IMG/VR virus record: IMGVR_UViG_3300044692_000046
Location: 1-64,000 of that record
DNA length: 64,000 nt
Source: a virus
Reading direction: 5' to 3' (one strand)
Part shown: piece by piece, positions 33,649 to 43,681 of the stretch
How the letters are laid out: each line of letters begins with the position of its first letter
Position numbering within the stretch: the first letter of the stretch is position 1
The notes under the pieces: model-generated
Seen by the model: the letters and a program-made list of their open reading frames with translations, nothing else
Databases searched by the model: none
What the model was told of the DNA's origin: nothing
Program-made: the position numbers and the translations under genes

Positions 33649-36156
33649 TCAAAAGGCGCACACGGCGGAGACATCGAGCTGGCCGAACACCGGGTCCCCG
33701 ACGATCCACACCTGCTGCCGGTCCACCGGGGATGCCTGGATGCCGACGGTCCACTGCCCGGCAGAGAAGTCGATGCTGTGGTCGAGCTTCTCCAGGAAGA
33801 AGTCGTGCGACATGGTGAACACCGGGTTGCGGCGCTTGACCGTGATCCTCTGGTTGAGCTCCATCCCCAGCACCGTCGCGAACGCCCCGTACGGGTTGGA
33901 GCCAGCGTCGATCGTCAAGGCGCCGAGCCGCTCGACCGGTGTCTTGTACCGCCACAGCAGGTAGTTCGCGTGGTCGATGGTCTCGGAGTCGTACGCGATC
34001 CCGATGGTCTGCGTCAACTGTCGGTCGAAGTTCGCCAGGATCGAGGTCGGGTCGGTGACGTGCTGGACGATCCCGCCGGATCGGGTGACTTCGACATCGT
34101 TGTACACCTGCGTCGGGTCCAGCGAGTAGTTGATGTCGTCCAGGTACGGGACCTCAAGCTCGCCGAACGTCCACTGCGAGGTGGTGGCCAGGAAGCGGCT
34201 GTTGCGGCCCTTGAACCGCAGCGTGCCGCCCGCGTCGACGAAGAGGAAGCCCTGCTCGCTGATCGCCACGTCGTTCATCACGTCGAGAGCGAAGTTGCCG
34301 TTCTGGGCCAGCGAGAACCCCATCGTCGACGACCCCACATCAGCGAAGCTGGGGATCGTGTAGTAGATGTTCGCCAACCGCGTCACCCGCGTGCCGCTCG
34401 ACTCGCCCCAGAACCCACCGCCAGCCGTGTTGAGCGTGCTGATCTGGCTTGAGGACAGCACCGAGTTCCACAGGGCGACATGTGCGATCTCGCCGTCGAA
34501 CATCTGAGTCACGCGGCCGGTGTCGTTCTCCCCACCCACCATCACCGACGTGGCGTTCGACGGGAGCATGCCACCCAGCGAGCTGGTGGTCACAGTCGTC
34601 GAGGCCGCCGACGTGCCGTCGATCCAGACCGTGACCGTCGTGTTCGTCGAGTTCTGCGACACCGTGGACACGATGTGGTGCCAGTTGCCGTCGTTGATCT
34701 TCTTGGTGGTGATCGCCTGCACATAGCCAGCGGACGCGCCACCACCCACCGCATAGCCAACCTCCGCGACGATCGTCGCGTCGCCCTGCATGAACATACC
34801 GATCGGCAGGGTGGTGTTGTTGCCGGTAACCTCCCCGACGAGCGCAATGTCGCCGGCGACGTTCGGTGCGACGCCGACCGCGTCACAGTGCACCCAGGCG
34901 GCCAAGGTCGCGCCCCACGCTGAGCCCGGCGTAGCAGGAACGGCGACGATGCCGGTTGTCTTGTTCGCCGACCGGCCGGCCCCGATCGCGGTGCCGTTGC
35001 TGGAAGTCGCCTGGTCGGGGAAGAACTGGGCAGCCACCCCGCCGGGGTCTCCGGTGATGGCCGACGATTGACCAGCGGAGACCCCGCTGCCCGCACCGTA
35101 CTTCGACACCATCAGGCCGAGGCTCGGGCCGTTGTTGCCGCTGGCCTCGGCGAAACTGGAAGCGCCCTGAGGCTCCCAGAGAGGCCAGTAGTAGGCCGGC
35201 TGGTAGGACAGGATCTGGTTCGCGACCTCGCCATGGACTGCTTGCTGGCTCAACACCGCCAGGGAGTCCACGCACGTGATCTCCGCCATCCCGTAGGTGC
35301 CCTGGAAATCCCACCGGGACGGCCACCGCTCGACGTAGCCCGTGAACACCGAGTACAGCACCGGCCCGCTCGTCGACCAGGTGGTGGCGGTGGCTCCGCT
35401 CTCCTGCTGGATGGCGTCCACGTACACGGTGCCCGTGTTGGCCGGGCTGGGCGCGTACACCCACAGGTTGATGCGGGGCTGCGTCGCCGTCCACGTGACC
35501 GTGATGCGCGTCCAGGCTCCCGTGGTGCTCGTGCCCGCACCGGTGGCCGCGAACGACGCGGGCGGGTCAACGAGGCTAGTGTCGATACCGAGCTGCACCG
35601 TGTACGCGGCGGTCAGCCACACGTAGGCGCTGAACGTGTACTGCTGGCCGGGGGTAACGGTCAGCTTCCAGCGCATCCCCTGCAGGCCGCCGCCGGACGA
35701 CACCGGCCACGAGACGCTCTGCGTGCCCTGGAACGCCTGCGCAGTGGACACCGTGGGGGGCGAGGTCAGGAACCAGTTGATATCCCCCGCCGGCAAGCCA
35801 CCAACAGCCGCCGCCTCGAATCCCGGGTCCATCTTGGTCAGCATGTTCGGCCCGCCCGCCGCAGTGTTCGTCGGCGGCCACAGCGCCTGCGTGATGATGC
35901 GGCGGTAGGGCACCACGTTCGGGTAATAGGCGGAGGCGGTGTTAGCCGGGTTGAACGCCTCGTTCGAGTCCAGCAGTACCATGTTCGCGGTGCCGGCCTG
36001 GATCGTGTCCAGCTCGTACTGCCGGCCCCGCGTGGTGCTGAGGCTCTGCACCTGACTGGAGATGTCCGTCCACACCGGCGTCACGTTGCTCGCTGGGCCA
36101 GCGTTGAACGCCACCTGCGTGGTGAGGATCGGCCAGTTCGGGTTGGGAGAGGTCAT
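33649..36156 (-). CDS. Tail-tip/baseplate-hub protein with CBM-like and LamG-like domains, copy 2
   Basis: WTDISS...RGRQYELDTIQAG; PGQQYTFSAYV; INDGNWHHIV...GEIAHVALWN. Confidence 0.85.
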   Translation of the reverse strand: MTSPNPNWPILTTQVAFNAGPASNVTPVWTDISSQVQSLSTTRGRQYELDTIQAGTANMVLLDSNEAFNPANTASAYYPNVVPYRRIITQALWPPTNTAAGGPNMLTKMDPGFEAAAVGGLPAGDINWFLTSPPTVSTAQAFQGTQSVSWPVSSGGGLQGMRWKLTVTPGQQYTFSAYVWLTAAYTVQLGIDTSLVDPPASFAATGAGTSTTGAWTRITVTWTATQPRINLWVYAPSPANTGTVYVDAIQQESGATATTWSTSGPVLYSVFTGYVERWPSRWDFQGTYGMAEITCVDSLAVLSQQAVHGEVANQILSYQPAYYWPLWEPQGASSFAEASGNNGPSLGLMVSKYGAGSGVSAGQSSAITGDPGGVAAQFFPDQATSSNGTAIGAGRSANKTTGIVAVPATPGSAWGATLAAWVHCDAVGVAPNVAGDIALVGEVTGNNTTLPIGMFMQGDATIVAEVGYAVGGGASAGYVQAITTKKINDGNWHHIVSTVSQNSTNTTVTVWIDGTSAASTTVTTSSLGGMLPSNATSVMVGGENDTGRVTQMFDGEIAHVALWNSVLSSSQISTLNTAGGGFWGESSGTRVTRLANIYYTIPSFADVGSSTMGFSLAQNGNFALDVMNDVAISEQGFLFVDAGGTLRFKGRNSRFLATTSQWTFGELEVPYLDDINYSLDPTQVYNDVEVTRSGGIVQHVTDPTSILANFDRQLTQTIGIAYDSETIDHANYLLWRYKTPVERLGALTIDAGSNPYGAFATVLGMELNQRITVKRRNPVFTMSHDFFLEKLDHSIDFSAGQWTVGIQASPVDRQQVWIVGDPVFGQLDVSAVCAF

Positions 36157-36174
36157 GCTCGACCTCCCCCGTGC

Positions 36175-39100
36175 TCACCAGCCCAGCTTGGTTGTGCTGC
36201 CGAGCACCCCGAACACAGGATCGTTGAGTAGCCACGCCTGTTGCAGGTCGGCGGGGCTGGCCTGGACCGACAGATCCCATTCGCCGGCCGCGAAGTTGAC
36301 GCTCACGTCGAGCTTCTCGATGAAGTAGTCGTCGATGTCGGTGAACGCCGAGGTGCGGCGCTTCACCGTCGCCCGGTCGTTGAGCTCCATGCCGAGCACC
36401 ACCGACCACGCGGTCGGCTTGCCGCCTGCGGAGATGGTCAGCGTGTCCAGTCGGCGCAGCGGCTGCTTGTACCGCGACAAGAGATAGTTCGCGTGGTCTA
36501 CCGTCTCGCTGTCCGAGGCCGTGTTGACCTCGGCGGTGAGCTGCCGGTCCCCGTAGGCCAGCATGCTCGGTCCGTCCGTCACGTGGCAGACGGTGCCGCC
36601 GTAGAAGTTGTCCGACGAGTTGATGCCCGACTGGAAGTTCAGGTACGAGGACGCGTACGCGGGCAGCGCCTGCCCACCCACCCGGCTGATCGTGATGTCG
36701 TTGTAGACCTGCGTGGGGTCCTCCGAGAACGCCACATCCGCCTCGTACGGCGTCTCCTGCTCCCCCAGCGTCCACTTCGGTGTGGCGGTCTGGAACCGGG
36801 CGGTGCGCGCCTTGAAGGTGACCGTGCCCGCCTTGTCGGCGTACAGCAGCCCACCCTCGCCCAGCACTACACCGTTCAGGGCGTCCAGGGCGTAGTTGGC
36901 GCGCTGCACCGGGGACACGTCCTGCACCGACTGGCCGGCGTCCACCGCCGTCGTGCCGGTGAACACGTAGCCCAACCAGCGGCTCACCCGCGCCCCGGAC
37001 TTCTCGGTGAAGAACGTATACGGCCCCCAGCCGATCTGCCCGGCGGAGTAGATGTTGCCGATCGCGCCCGACGGCAGCGCCGAGTTCCACAGGCTGACGT
37101 GTGCGACCTGACCGTTCCAGGTCTGCCCGGTCAGGCCGAGCGTGGACTGCCCGCCGACCTGCACGATGCTCGCCCCGGCCGGAAGCTGACCGCCCAGACT
37201 CGCTGTGGAGGCTGTGGCGGAGGCATTCTGTGTGTTGTCGACCTGCAGCGAGACCGTGGTGTTGCCGGCCGGGTCCTGGATGACCTGCGCGACGAACATG
37301 CGCATCTTGCCGTCGGCGTCGTTCGTGCCGGTCTCCATCGCGGTGAGCGTCTGACCGCCCGGCCCTTCGTAGGTGACGAAGGCGTTGCCGTAGTTGGTGG
37401 TGAATGCGGACGCCGCGGGCCCGGCCTCGACCTGCATGCCGTCGATGTAGACGGTGCTGTTGTTGGCGGGCGCCGAGGAGTAGACCCACATGTTCTGCGA
37501 CGTGCCGTTCGCGGTGAAGCTAACGGTCATCGTGACCCAGGTGTTCACCGAGGTCATGCCCGACGAGTTCGCCAGCCACGACGCCGGCGGGATACCCGAG
37601 TCGGCCGCCGCGCCCAGCAGCATCGTGTTCGCGGCGGTCTGCCGCACGCCGCACGAGAACGTGTACTGCTGACCGGAGGTCAGCCCGAACGCCGTGATGA
37701 GCACACCCTGCAGCCCGGAACCCGCGCCGATGGGGAACTGTGCGGAGTTCGCGCCGTACAGGTGCTGCGTGTTGGTGACCGTCATCGCGCCGATCAGCAG
37801 CGACCCAAGGTAGGTGGGTGTCGCCCCGGAGGACTGCCCCTCGAAGCTGGGGTCCTGCTGCCACAGCACGTTCGTTCCGGTCACGCCGATCGTGAGGGGC
37901 TGCGCCTGGTTGGAGCCCTGCGGGGGACACACCAGCGTGGCCAGGGTCTGCGTGGTGCCTTTGCGGCTGTCCGTGGGCAGGTTGGCGCCCGCCCACACGA
38001 TCAGCGTCGCCGACCAGGAGACGGCCGGGTTCGCCGGGATCGCCTGGATGCCCGTCGAGCCGCTGGTGCCGACAGGACCGGCGTTGAGGATCTGGCAGTC
38101 CATCTGCGAGGCGTTGGTGTTGTTGCCGGGGGCGAACGTGACCCGCACCCCGCCGTTGTCCCCCGGGATCGGCAGAGCCGAGTCGCCCGCCACCAAGCCA
38201 TTGCCGGCGCCGAACGGGCCGGTGTACACGCTCAGCGGCGGCTGCCCGGCAAGGGTGGTGTTGGCGAACGCCTGGCTTCCCTGCGGCTCCCACAGGGGCC
38301 AGTAGTAGGTGGGGGCCAGTGCCTCGATCTGGTTGGACAGCTCCGAGTCGAGGGTGGCCTGCGACAGCACACCCAGTGCGTCGACGGCGGTGATCTGACA
38401 GATGCCGTAGGTGCCCTGATGATTCCAGGTCGACGGCCAGCGCTCCACGAACCCGGCGAAGATCGGGTAGATGACGGGGCCGATGCTCGACCAGGTGGAC
38501 GCCGAGGAGCCGGTCTCCATCTGGATCGCGTCCAGCCACATCGACCCCGACAGGGACGGCGCCGTGGACCCCACGTACACCTGATGCGCTGTCGATGTCG
38601 CGGTGAACGTCACCGACAGGCGCGTCCACGTGGTCGTGGCGGTGGTGTTCGTGCCGCCAGCGCCGCCGTTGATGAAGATAGCCGTCGTGTTGCCGGCGGT
38701 CTGGTAGACGTAGGCGGAGATAGTGTATTGCTCGCCCGGCACGCACAGCAGGTTCCAGCCGGTGACCTGCTCCCCCGAGCCGCCCGTCACTGTCCATGCC
38801 AGCGACTTGGTGCCCTGGAATGCCTGCGCCGACGAGACGTTCGGGGTGGTGGCGAACGTGACAATCCACGACGGGACCGCGGTGTACGACTCGAACGACG
38901 GGTCATACGGGCCAGGCGCCACCGCCGAGGAGTTCAGCAGGTTCGGGCCACCGGCCGCAGTGTTACCGGGTGGCCACATCGCGGCCAAGGCCAGCCGCCG
39001 GTACGGCACCACGTTCGGGTAGAACGGACTGGCGGTGTTGGCCGGGTTGAGCTGCTCGTCGGAGTCTCTCAGAGTCGCCGTGAACTCGCCGGCCTGCACC

Positions 39101-39258
39101 TGATCCAACTCGTACTGCCGGCCGCGCGAGACGGTGAAGTCCAGCAGCCGGTCGGTCAGGTCCGTCCAGGTCGGCGTGCCCGCGGCCGGGTCATTCGGGT
39201 TGATGTTGAATGCGACCTTGCACCACAGCAGCGGCCAGTTCGGGTTCGGGGAAGACAT
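36175..39258 (-). CDS. Tail-tip/baseplate-hub protein with two CBM-like and a LamG-like domain, copy 1
   Basis: Directly after tape measure; full-length paralogue of 33649-36156 with an extra CBM-like insert. Confidence 0.85.
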   Translation of the reverse strand: MSSPNPNWPLLWCKVAFNINPNDPAAGTPTWTDLTDRLLDFTVSRGRQYELDQVQAGEFTATLRDSDEQLNPANTASPFYPNVVPYRRLALAAMWPPGNTAAGGPNLLNSSAVAPGPYDPSFESYTAVPSWIVTFATTPNVSSAQAFQGTKSLAWTVTGGSGEQVTGWNLLCVPGEQYTISAYVYQTAGNTTAIFINGGAGGTNTTATTTWTRLSVTFTATSTAHQVYVGSTAPSLSGSMWLDAIQMETGSSASTWSSIGPVIYPIFAGFVERWPSTWNHQGTYGICQITAVDALGVLSQATLDSELSNQIEALAPTYYWPLWEPQGSQAFANTTLAGQPPLSVYTGPFGAGNGLVAGDSALPIPGDNGGVRVTFAPGNNTNASQMDCQILNAGPVGTSGSTGIQAIPANPAVSWSATLIVWAGANLPTDSRKGTTQTLATLVCPPQGSNQAQPLTIGVTGTNVLWQQDPSFEGQSSGATPTYLGSLLIGAMTVTNTQHLYGANSAQFPIGAGSGLQGVLITAFGLTSGQQYTFSCGVRQTAANTMLLGAAADSGIPPASWLANSSGMTSVNTWVTMTVSFTANGTSQNMWVYSSAPANNSTVYIDGMQVEAGPAASAFTTNYGNAFVTYEGPGGQTLTAMETGTNDADGKMRMFVAQVIQDPAGNTTVSLQVDNTQNASATASTASLGGQLPAGASIVQVGGQSTLGLTGQTWNGQVAHVSLWNSALPSGAIGNIYSAGQIGWGPYTFFTEKSGARVSRWLGYVFTGTTAVDAGQSVQDVSPVQRANYALDALNGVVLGEGGLLYADKAGTVTFKARTARFQTATPKWTLGEQETPYEADVAFSEDPTQVYNDITISRVGGQALPAYASSYLNFQSGINSSDNFYGGTVCHVTDGPSMLAYGDRQLTAEVNTASDSETVDHANYLLSRYKQPLRRLDTLTISAGGKPTAWSVVLGMELNDRATVKRRTSAFTDIDDYFIEKLDVSVNFAAGEWDLSVQASPADLQQAWLLNDPVFGVLGSTTKLGW

Positions 39259-39276
39259 CCAGCCCTCCCCGAACCG

Positions 39277-42200
39277 CTACGACAGCATGGTCCCCGACTT
39301 GGCGGAGTTACGCCGCTTGTGCTGCTGCACTAGGGCCGCCAGGTTCGGGTACACCGCCTTAGCGAAGGTCTTGCCGTCAAGGTCGAAGTACAGCGTCACC
39401 GGCCCCGAGTTCGCGCCGGACGTTGCCGCGCTGTTCGCGCCGACCGCCAGCGACGCCGTGTTCACCGCCAGCGTCCCAGTCTGCGTGCCGATACCGACTG
39501 GGCCAGCCGCGCCGGCCGCCGCCACCTGGAGCGTGGGGCTGCCGAACCCAGCCATCGCCGTGTTGGCGAGCGCCTTGGCCTGGTCGGACACGGTCCCACT
39601 CATCGACTTGAGGCCGTTCACGAGACCCTGCGCGATGTTCTGACCAAACGAGTGGAACACCTTCGACGGACTGGAGATGCCGAGGGCTTTCATGAACCCG
39701 CTACCGATGGAGCCCGCGAAGTCCTTGACCCACTTCACCACCGTGTCGGCCATCGCCTTCAAGCCGTTCAACAGCCCGGTGATGATGTTCTTCCCGAAGT
39801 TCACCGCATCAGAGACCAACTGGTTCCAGAGCTTGGAGATCTGCCCCGGCAGCCCGCTCACCACCGACACGACCTTGCCAGGCAAGGAGGTGAAGAAACT
39901 GACCACGTCGTTCCACAGCTTCTTGACCTCTGCGATCGCGCCGTTGTACAGGTCGGTGAAGAACTTCGCGATCTTGCCTGGCATCGACGACACCCACGTG
40001 ATGGCCTTGTTCAGGCCAGCCACGAACGTGCTGTACAGGTCGTCCCAGGTCTTCGACACCCAACTCGTCACGCCGTTGTAGGTGTCGACCGCGAACTTCT
40101 CGATCTTCCCTGGCAGGGAGGTCACCCAGTTGATGACCTTCGTGCCACCCTGAACAAAGAAGTTGTACACGTCCGACCAGGTCTGCTTGACCAGCCGCAC
40201 GACCTCATGCCAGTTGTCGACGAAGAACTTCTCAATCCTCGCCGGCAACGACTTCACGAAGTTGACAACCTTCGTGGCGCCCTGCACCCAGATCCGGTAG
40301 CCCTCATCCCACAGGTGGGTGATCGCATTCCAGATCTTGACAGGCATCTCAATGAACTGCTTGACGATCCACCCGAGCGCGTAGCCGATCGCGAATCCCA
40401 GCTTCTTGAGCCCGGCGTCGAAGATCTTCGGAAGCTGCTCGATCCCCTTGAGGACGTTGCCCGGCAGCGCCTTCACGAAGCCGATGAACTTGTCGAACGC
40501 GGCGCCCGCCTTCTTCGGCAACCCCTCGACCCACTTGATGGCCGCCGAGATCGCTCCGCCGATGGCGTGCACGGCGTCCCAGAAGATCGCCTTGATGTCC
40601 TTCCACAAGGCGGAGAAGAACTTGCTGACCTGCTTCCAGTGGGTGACCAGCAAGATCACGATCGCTATCAGGGCGGCGATCGCCAAGATGATCAAGCCGA
40701 CGGGGTTGGCGTCCATCGCGATGTTCAAGATCCACTGGGCGACGGCCGCTGCCTTCTCCGCGATCGCAGAGGCGACCACGGCGACCTTCTCAGCCACCCA
40801 CGCGGCGGCGGTCTTCACTGCCTGGGCCGCCTGCAATACCAGCGACTTGGTGACGCTGCCGATGGCCATCGCAGCCTGCTTTGCCCCGGAGGCGATCGTG
40901 CTGAACAGGGAGCCGAGCTTGTTGGCGACGGTGGCCTCCTTGACCACCTTTTCGTTCTCGACCACCGCGTCCGAGACGCCCTTGAAGCCCTTGATGAGAC
41001 TGGAGGTGGTGGACACCGCTGACTTGCCGATATCCACCATGCCCTTGACGAACGACATGGTGGTCTTGCCGGCCCATGTCACCACCGCGATCGACAGCAC
41101 CCCGGCGATCACGCCCGCCAGCACCTTGAGGGTGCCGGTGTTCTTCTCCGCCCATTTCATGGCGTCGATCAGCGGCGGGATCAGCTTCGTGCCGAGCTGG
41201 ATGCCAGCCTTCTCCGCTACCTCACGCAACTGGGCGAGCTGGAAGTTGAAGGTCTTCTGCACCTCGGCGAAGCCGGAGACGCTCTTGTTGCCCTTGTTGT
41301 AGGCGTTGATCGTGTTGTTGACGTTGTGCTCCATGCCAACAAATCCGTCGGAGCCCAGTTGCAGGGCGAGCTGGAGGCCGTTGGCGCCGCCCAGCATGTT
41401 CTTGAGTTCCTGCTGGTAGGTCTTGGCCTGCGGGGTGCCGTTCTTCAGTTCCTGTGAAAAGCCCTTGGCCTTGTTGTTCATGGCCACGAACTGCTGCACC
41501 AGTGCCGCCTGGTCGGCCGGCAGACCCTTCAGTTCCAGCCGGTAGTCCGCGAGCGTGATCTTTCCGTCGGCGTAGGACTGCGCGACCTGCTTCGCCGCGT
41601 TCGGCAGCTTCGACAGGGCGACCTGGGCGTCCTGCGCTGCAGCGGCGGATTGGTTGAACGCGTTCAGCAGGACCAGGCCGCTCGGCCCCATGTGCTGCAG
41701 CACAGCCCGTGATAGGTCGAGGACCGTGCCCGACAGGCCCTTCTGCCCAAGCTGCTGGGACACATCGGTAGCGCTGATCCCCAGTTGCGCCATCGTGTTC
41801 ACGGCGACGTTCGACGGCGCTTCCAGCGACCGGATCGTGAACGCCATCTGCTGGGTGGCTTCCTGCGCCGACACACCGTGATCGGTCAAGGTGGCCAGCA
41901 CGCCGGTCATGTCGCCGAGCTTGATGCCCGCCGAGGCCGCCAGCGCCTGCACAGTGGACAGGCTCGACGCGAAGTCCTGGAAGGTGGTCTTACCCTCGGA
42001 CACGGCCGCGATGTACGTGTTCACCACACGGGTCGAGTCGCTGGCCTTGAGGTTGTAGTCCCGCAACGCGGTCGTCACCGCGTCCGCGACCACTGACAGG
42101 TCGGCGTTCTCGGACTTGGCGCCCTTCGCCGCCGCGGTCAGCACCGTCAGCCCCTGCGCGCCGTGGAAGCCCGCCGACTCGATGGTGTACAGGCCCTGCG

Positions 42201-42525
42201 CGAGCTGCTTGGTGGACGTGCCGGTAGCCACGGCGATGTCCAGCACGCCCTTGGACACCTGCGCCAGCGCCTTCGTGGACTCGCCGGCGCTGGTGACCAG
42301 TCGAGTCATGTTGGCCTGGAAGTCGCCGGCCATCTTGACGCTGACGACCGCGACTCCGGCTGCTGCGGCGACTGTCGCTCCGCCCAGCTTCGACAGGGCC
42401 CCGCTGACGCCGCCCATCTTCGAGATGAAGGACTCGCCGGTCTTGCTGGCGTCGTTGAAACCCTTCGTCAGCGGGTCGGAGACGGTGCGCAGGGTGATGA
42501 ACAGGTCCGCGATCTCGGAGGCCAC
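39277..42525 (-). CDS. Tape measure protein
   Basis: 1082 aa, Ala/Gly-rich, TP901-like core, ANPVGLII, Trp/Phe periodic repeats. Confidence 0.92.
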   Translation of the reverse strand: MASEIADLFITLRTVSDPLTKGFNDASKTGESFISKMGGVSGALSKLGGATVAAAAGVAVVSVKMAGDFQANMTRLVTSAGESTKALAQVSKGVLDIAVATGTSTKQLAQGLYTIESAGFHGAQGLTVLTAAAKGAKSENADLSVVADAVTTALRDYNLKASDSTRVVNTYIAAVSEGKTTFQDFASSLSTVQALAASAGIKLGDMTGVLATLTDHGVSAQEATQQMAFTIRSLEAPSNVAVNTMAQLGISATDVSQQLGQKGLSGTVLDLSRAVLQHMGPSGLVLLNAFNQSAAAAQDAQVALSKLPNAAKQVAQSYADGKITLADYRLELKGLPADQAALVQQFVAMNNKAKGFSQELKNGTPQAKTYQQELKNMLGGANGLQLALQLGSDGFVGMEHNVNNTINAYNKGNKSVSGFAEVQKTFNFQLAQLREVAEKAGIQLGTKLIPPLIDAMKWAEKNTGTLKVLAGVIAGVLSIAVVTWAGKTTMSFVKGMVDIGKSAVSTTSSLIKGFKGVSDAVVENEKVVKEATVANKLGSLFSTIASGAKQAAMAIGSVTKSLVLQAAQAVKTAAAWVAEKVAVVASAIAEKAAAVAQWILNIAMDANPVGLIILAIAALIAIVILLVTHWKQVSKFFSALWKDIKAIFWDAVHAIGGAISAAIKWVEGLPKKAGAAFDKFIGFVKALPGNVLKGIEQLPKIFDAGLKKLGFAIGYALGWIVKQFIEMPVKIWNAITHLWDEGYRIWVQGATKVVNFVKSLPARIEKFFVDNWHEVVRLVKQTWSDVYNFFVQGGTKVINWVTSLPGKIEKFAVDTYNGVTSWVSKTWDDLYSTFVAGLNKAITWVSSMPGKIAKFFTDLYNGAIAEVKKLWNDVVSFFTSLPGKVVSVVSGLPGQISKLWNQLVSDAVNFGKNIITGLLNGLKAMADTVVKWVKDFAGSIGSGFMKALGISSPSKVFHSFGQNIAQGLVNGLKSMSGTVSDQAKALANTAMAGFGSPTLQVAAAGAAGPVGIGTQTGTLAVNTASLAVGANSAATSGANSGPVTLYFDLDGKTFAKAVYPNLAALVQQHKRRNSAKSGTMLS

Positions 42526-42574
42526 AACAACCTCCCCGATCCGGCGTCAGGGGTCGGGAAGGTCGCGTGCGGTG

Positions 42575-43039
42575 TCAGGCGAAGCGGGCCCAGGCCTCGC
42601 CGTACATCGCCTTGTAGATCTGCGGTGCCGCGATCGTGCCCACGAACAGGCCCGCAGGTCTCAGGAACGGGAACTTGGCGCCGTTGCGCAGACCCTTCGC
42701 CTCCAGGTACCAGCCGACCAGCGACGCGTTCGTCTTGCTGTACGGGGCGCGCCTGCCGACAGCCGTGCCTATCAGGCACTCCCAGCCAGTGGGGATACGC
42801 TTCACGATCGACCGGTCGAGTGACGCCCGCAGCGTTCCCGAGATCATCGCCGGTCCGTTCCCCGGGTGCGCCGGTGTGGGCGTGCCCCGGGCGTGCCGAC
42901 CGTTGCCGGCGTTGATGCGGGCCTGCTTCACGATGGCGTTCGCGACCGGCTCCAGTGCTGCGCGGGAGCGGCGGCCCGACTCTGCGGCCACCTTCGAGAA
43001 CACCATCTCCAGCACGCCAGGGCGTAGTTCGGTGGCCAC
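42575..43039 (-). CDS. HK97 gp10-like tail completion protein
   Basis: PAMISGTLRASL...YLE...FPFLRPA. Confidence 0.6.
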   Translation of the reverse strand: MATELRPGVLEMVFSKVAAESGRRSRAALEPVANAIVKQARINAGNGRHARGTPTPAHPGNGPAMISGTLRASLDRSIVKRIPTGWECLIGTAVGRRAPYSKTNASLVGWYLEAKGLRNGAKFPFLRPAGLFVGTIAAPQIYKAMYGEAWARFA

Positions 43040-43043
43040 GGCC

Positions 43044-43290
43044 TCACCCCTTGCTGGCCTTCTTTACTGCGGAGTCCTCGGCCTGACGGCGGGCCAGCAG
43101 CATGTCCCAGCAGTACTGCACCACGTAGACCGGAGTCTGGCGCAGCTCCCAGAACGTCCAGCCCATCTCCCGCATCAGTTCGAAGTCGCGCAACTCATCC
43201 GGTGGCGGCCCGGACGACCACGTGCCCTCGTAGATGGACTCGGCGGGCCAGAGCACATCGTTGAGGTACGGGGAGTCCGGGCCTAGCTGG
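43044..43290 (-). CDS. Tail assembly chaperone, frameshift extension (T part)
   Basis: -1 frame overlapping end of chaperone G; MGWTFWELRQTP motif. Confidence 0.6.
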
Positions 43291-43636
43291 GGTTCACGAC
43301 GTCCGTGATCGCCTTGATCATCGCCTGCTGGATCTCCATGGGCAGCTTCCGCACGCTCGCTGGGGTCGCCGGCAGCGGCAGGGGGCGCTGGTCGTCGGAG
43401 TCGTCGGTGGCGTCGTACACGTGCCACGCCTTGACCAGCGGCGCGAGGATCCCGTACGACGCTTCCGTCATCTGGGTGACGTCGGGCTCCCCATTAGCGC
43501 CCGTCGGCACGTCGCTGGCGGTCAGTTCGTCTAGCGGCACCAGTCGGGGGTTCTTCATGACGACGTGCACGAGGTCGCCCGGCTCCGACAGCTCCTCGAA
43601 GTTGAGGGTGATCACCCGGTTGGCGTATCCGGCCAC
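43283..43636 (-). CDS. Tail assembly chaperone (G part)
   Basis: AAGGAG RBS; between tail tube and TMP; LVKAW...LPATP. Confidence 0.75.
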   Translation of the reverse strand: MAGYANRVITLNFEELSEPGDLVHVVMKNPRLVPLDELTASDVPTGANGEPDVTQMTEASYGILAPLVKAWHVYDATDDSDDQRPLPLPATPASVRKLPMEIQQAMIKAITDVVNPS

Positions 43637-43681
43637 GGTTGTTCTCCTTGCGGTGAGGGACTGAGTGATGGACGCCAACCG

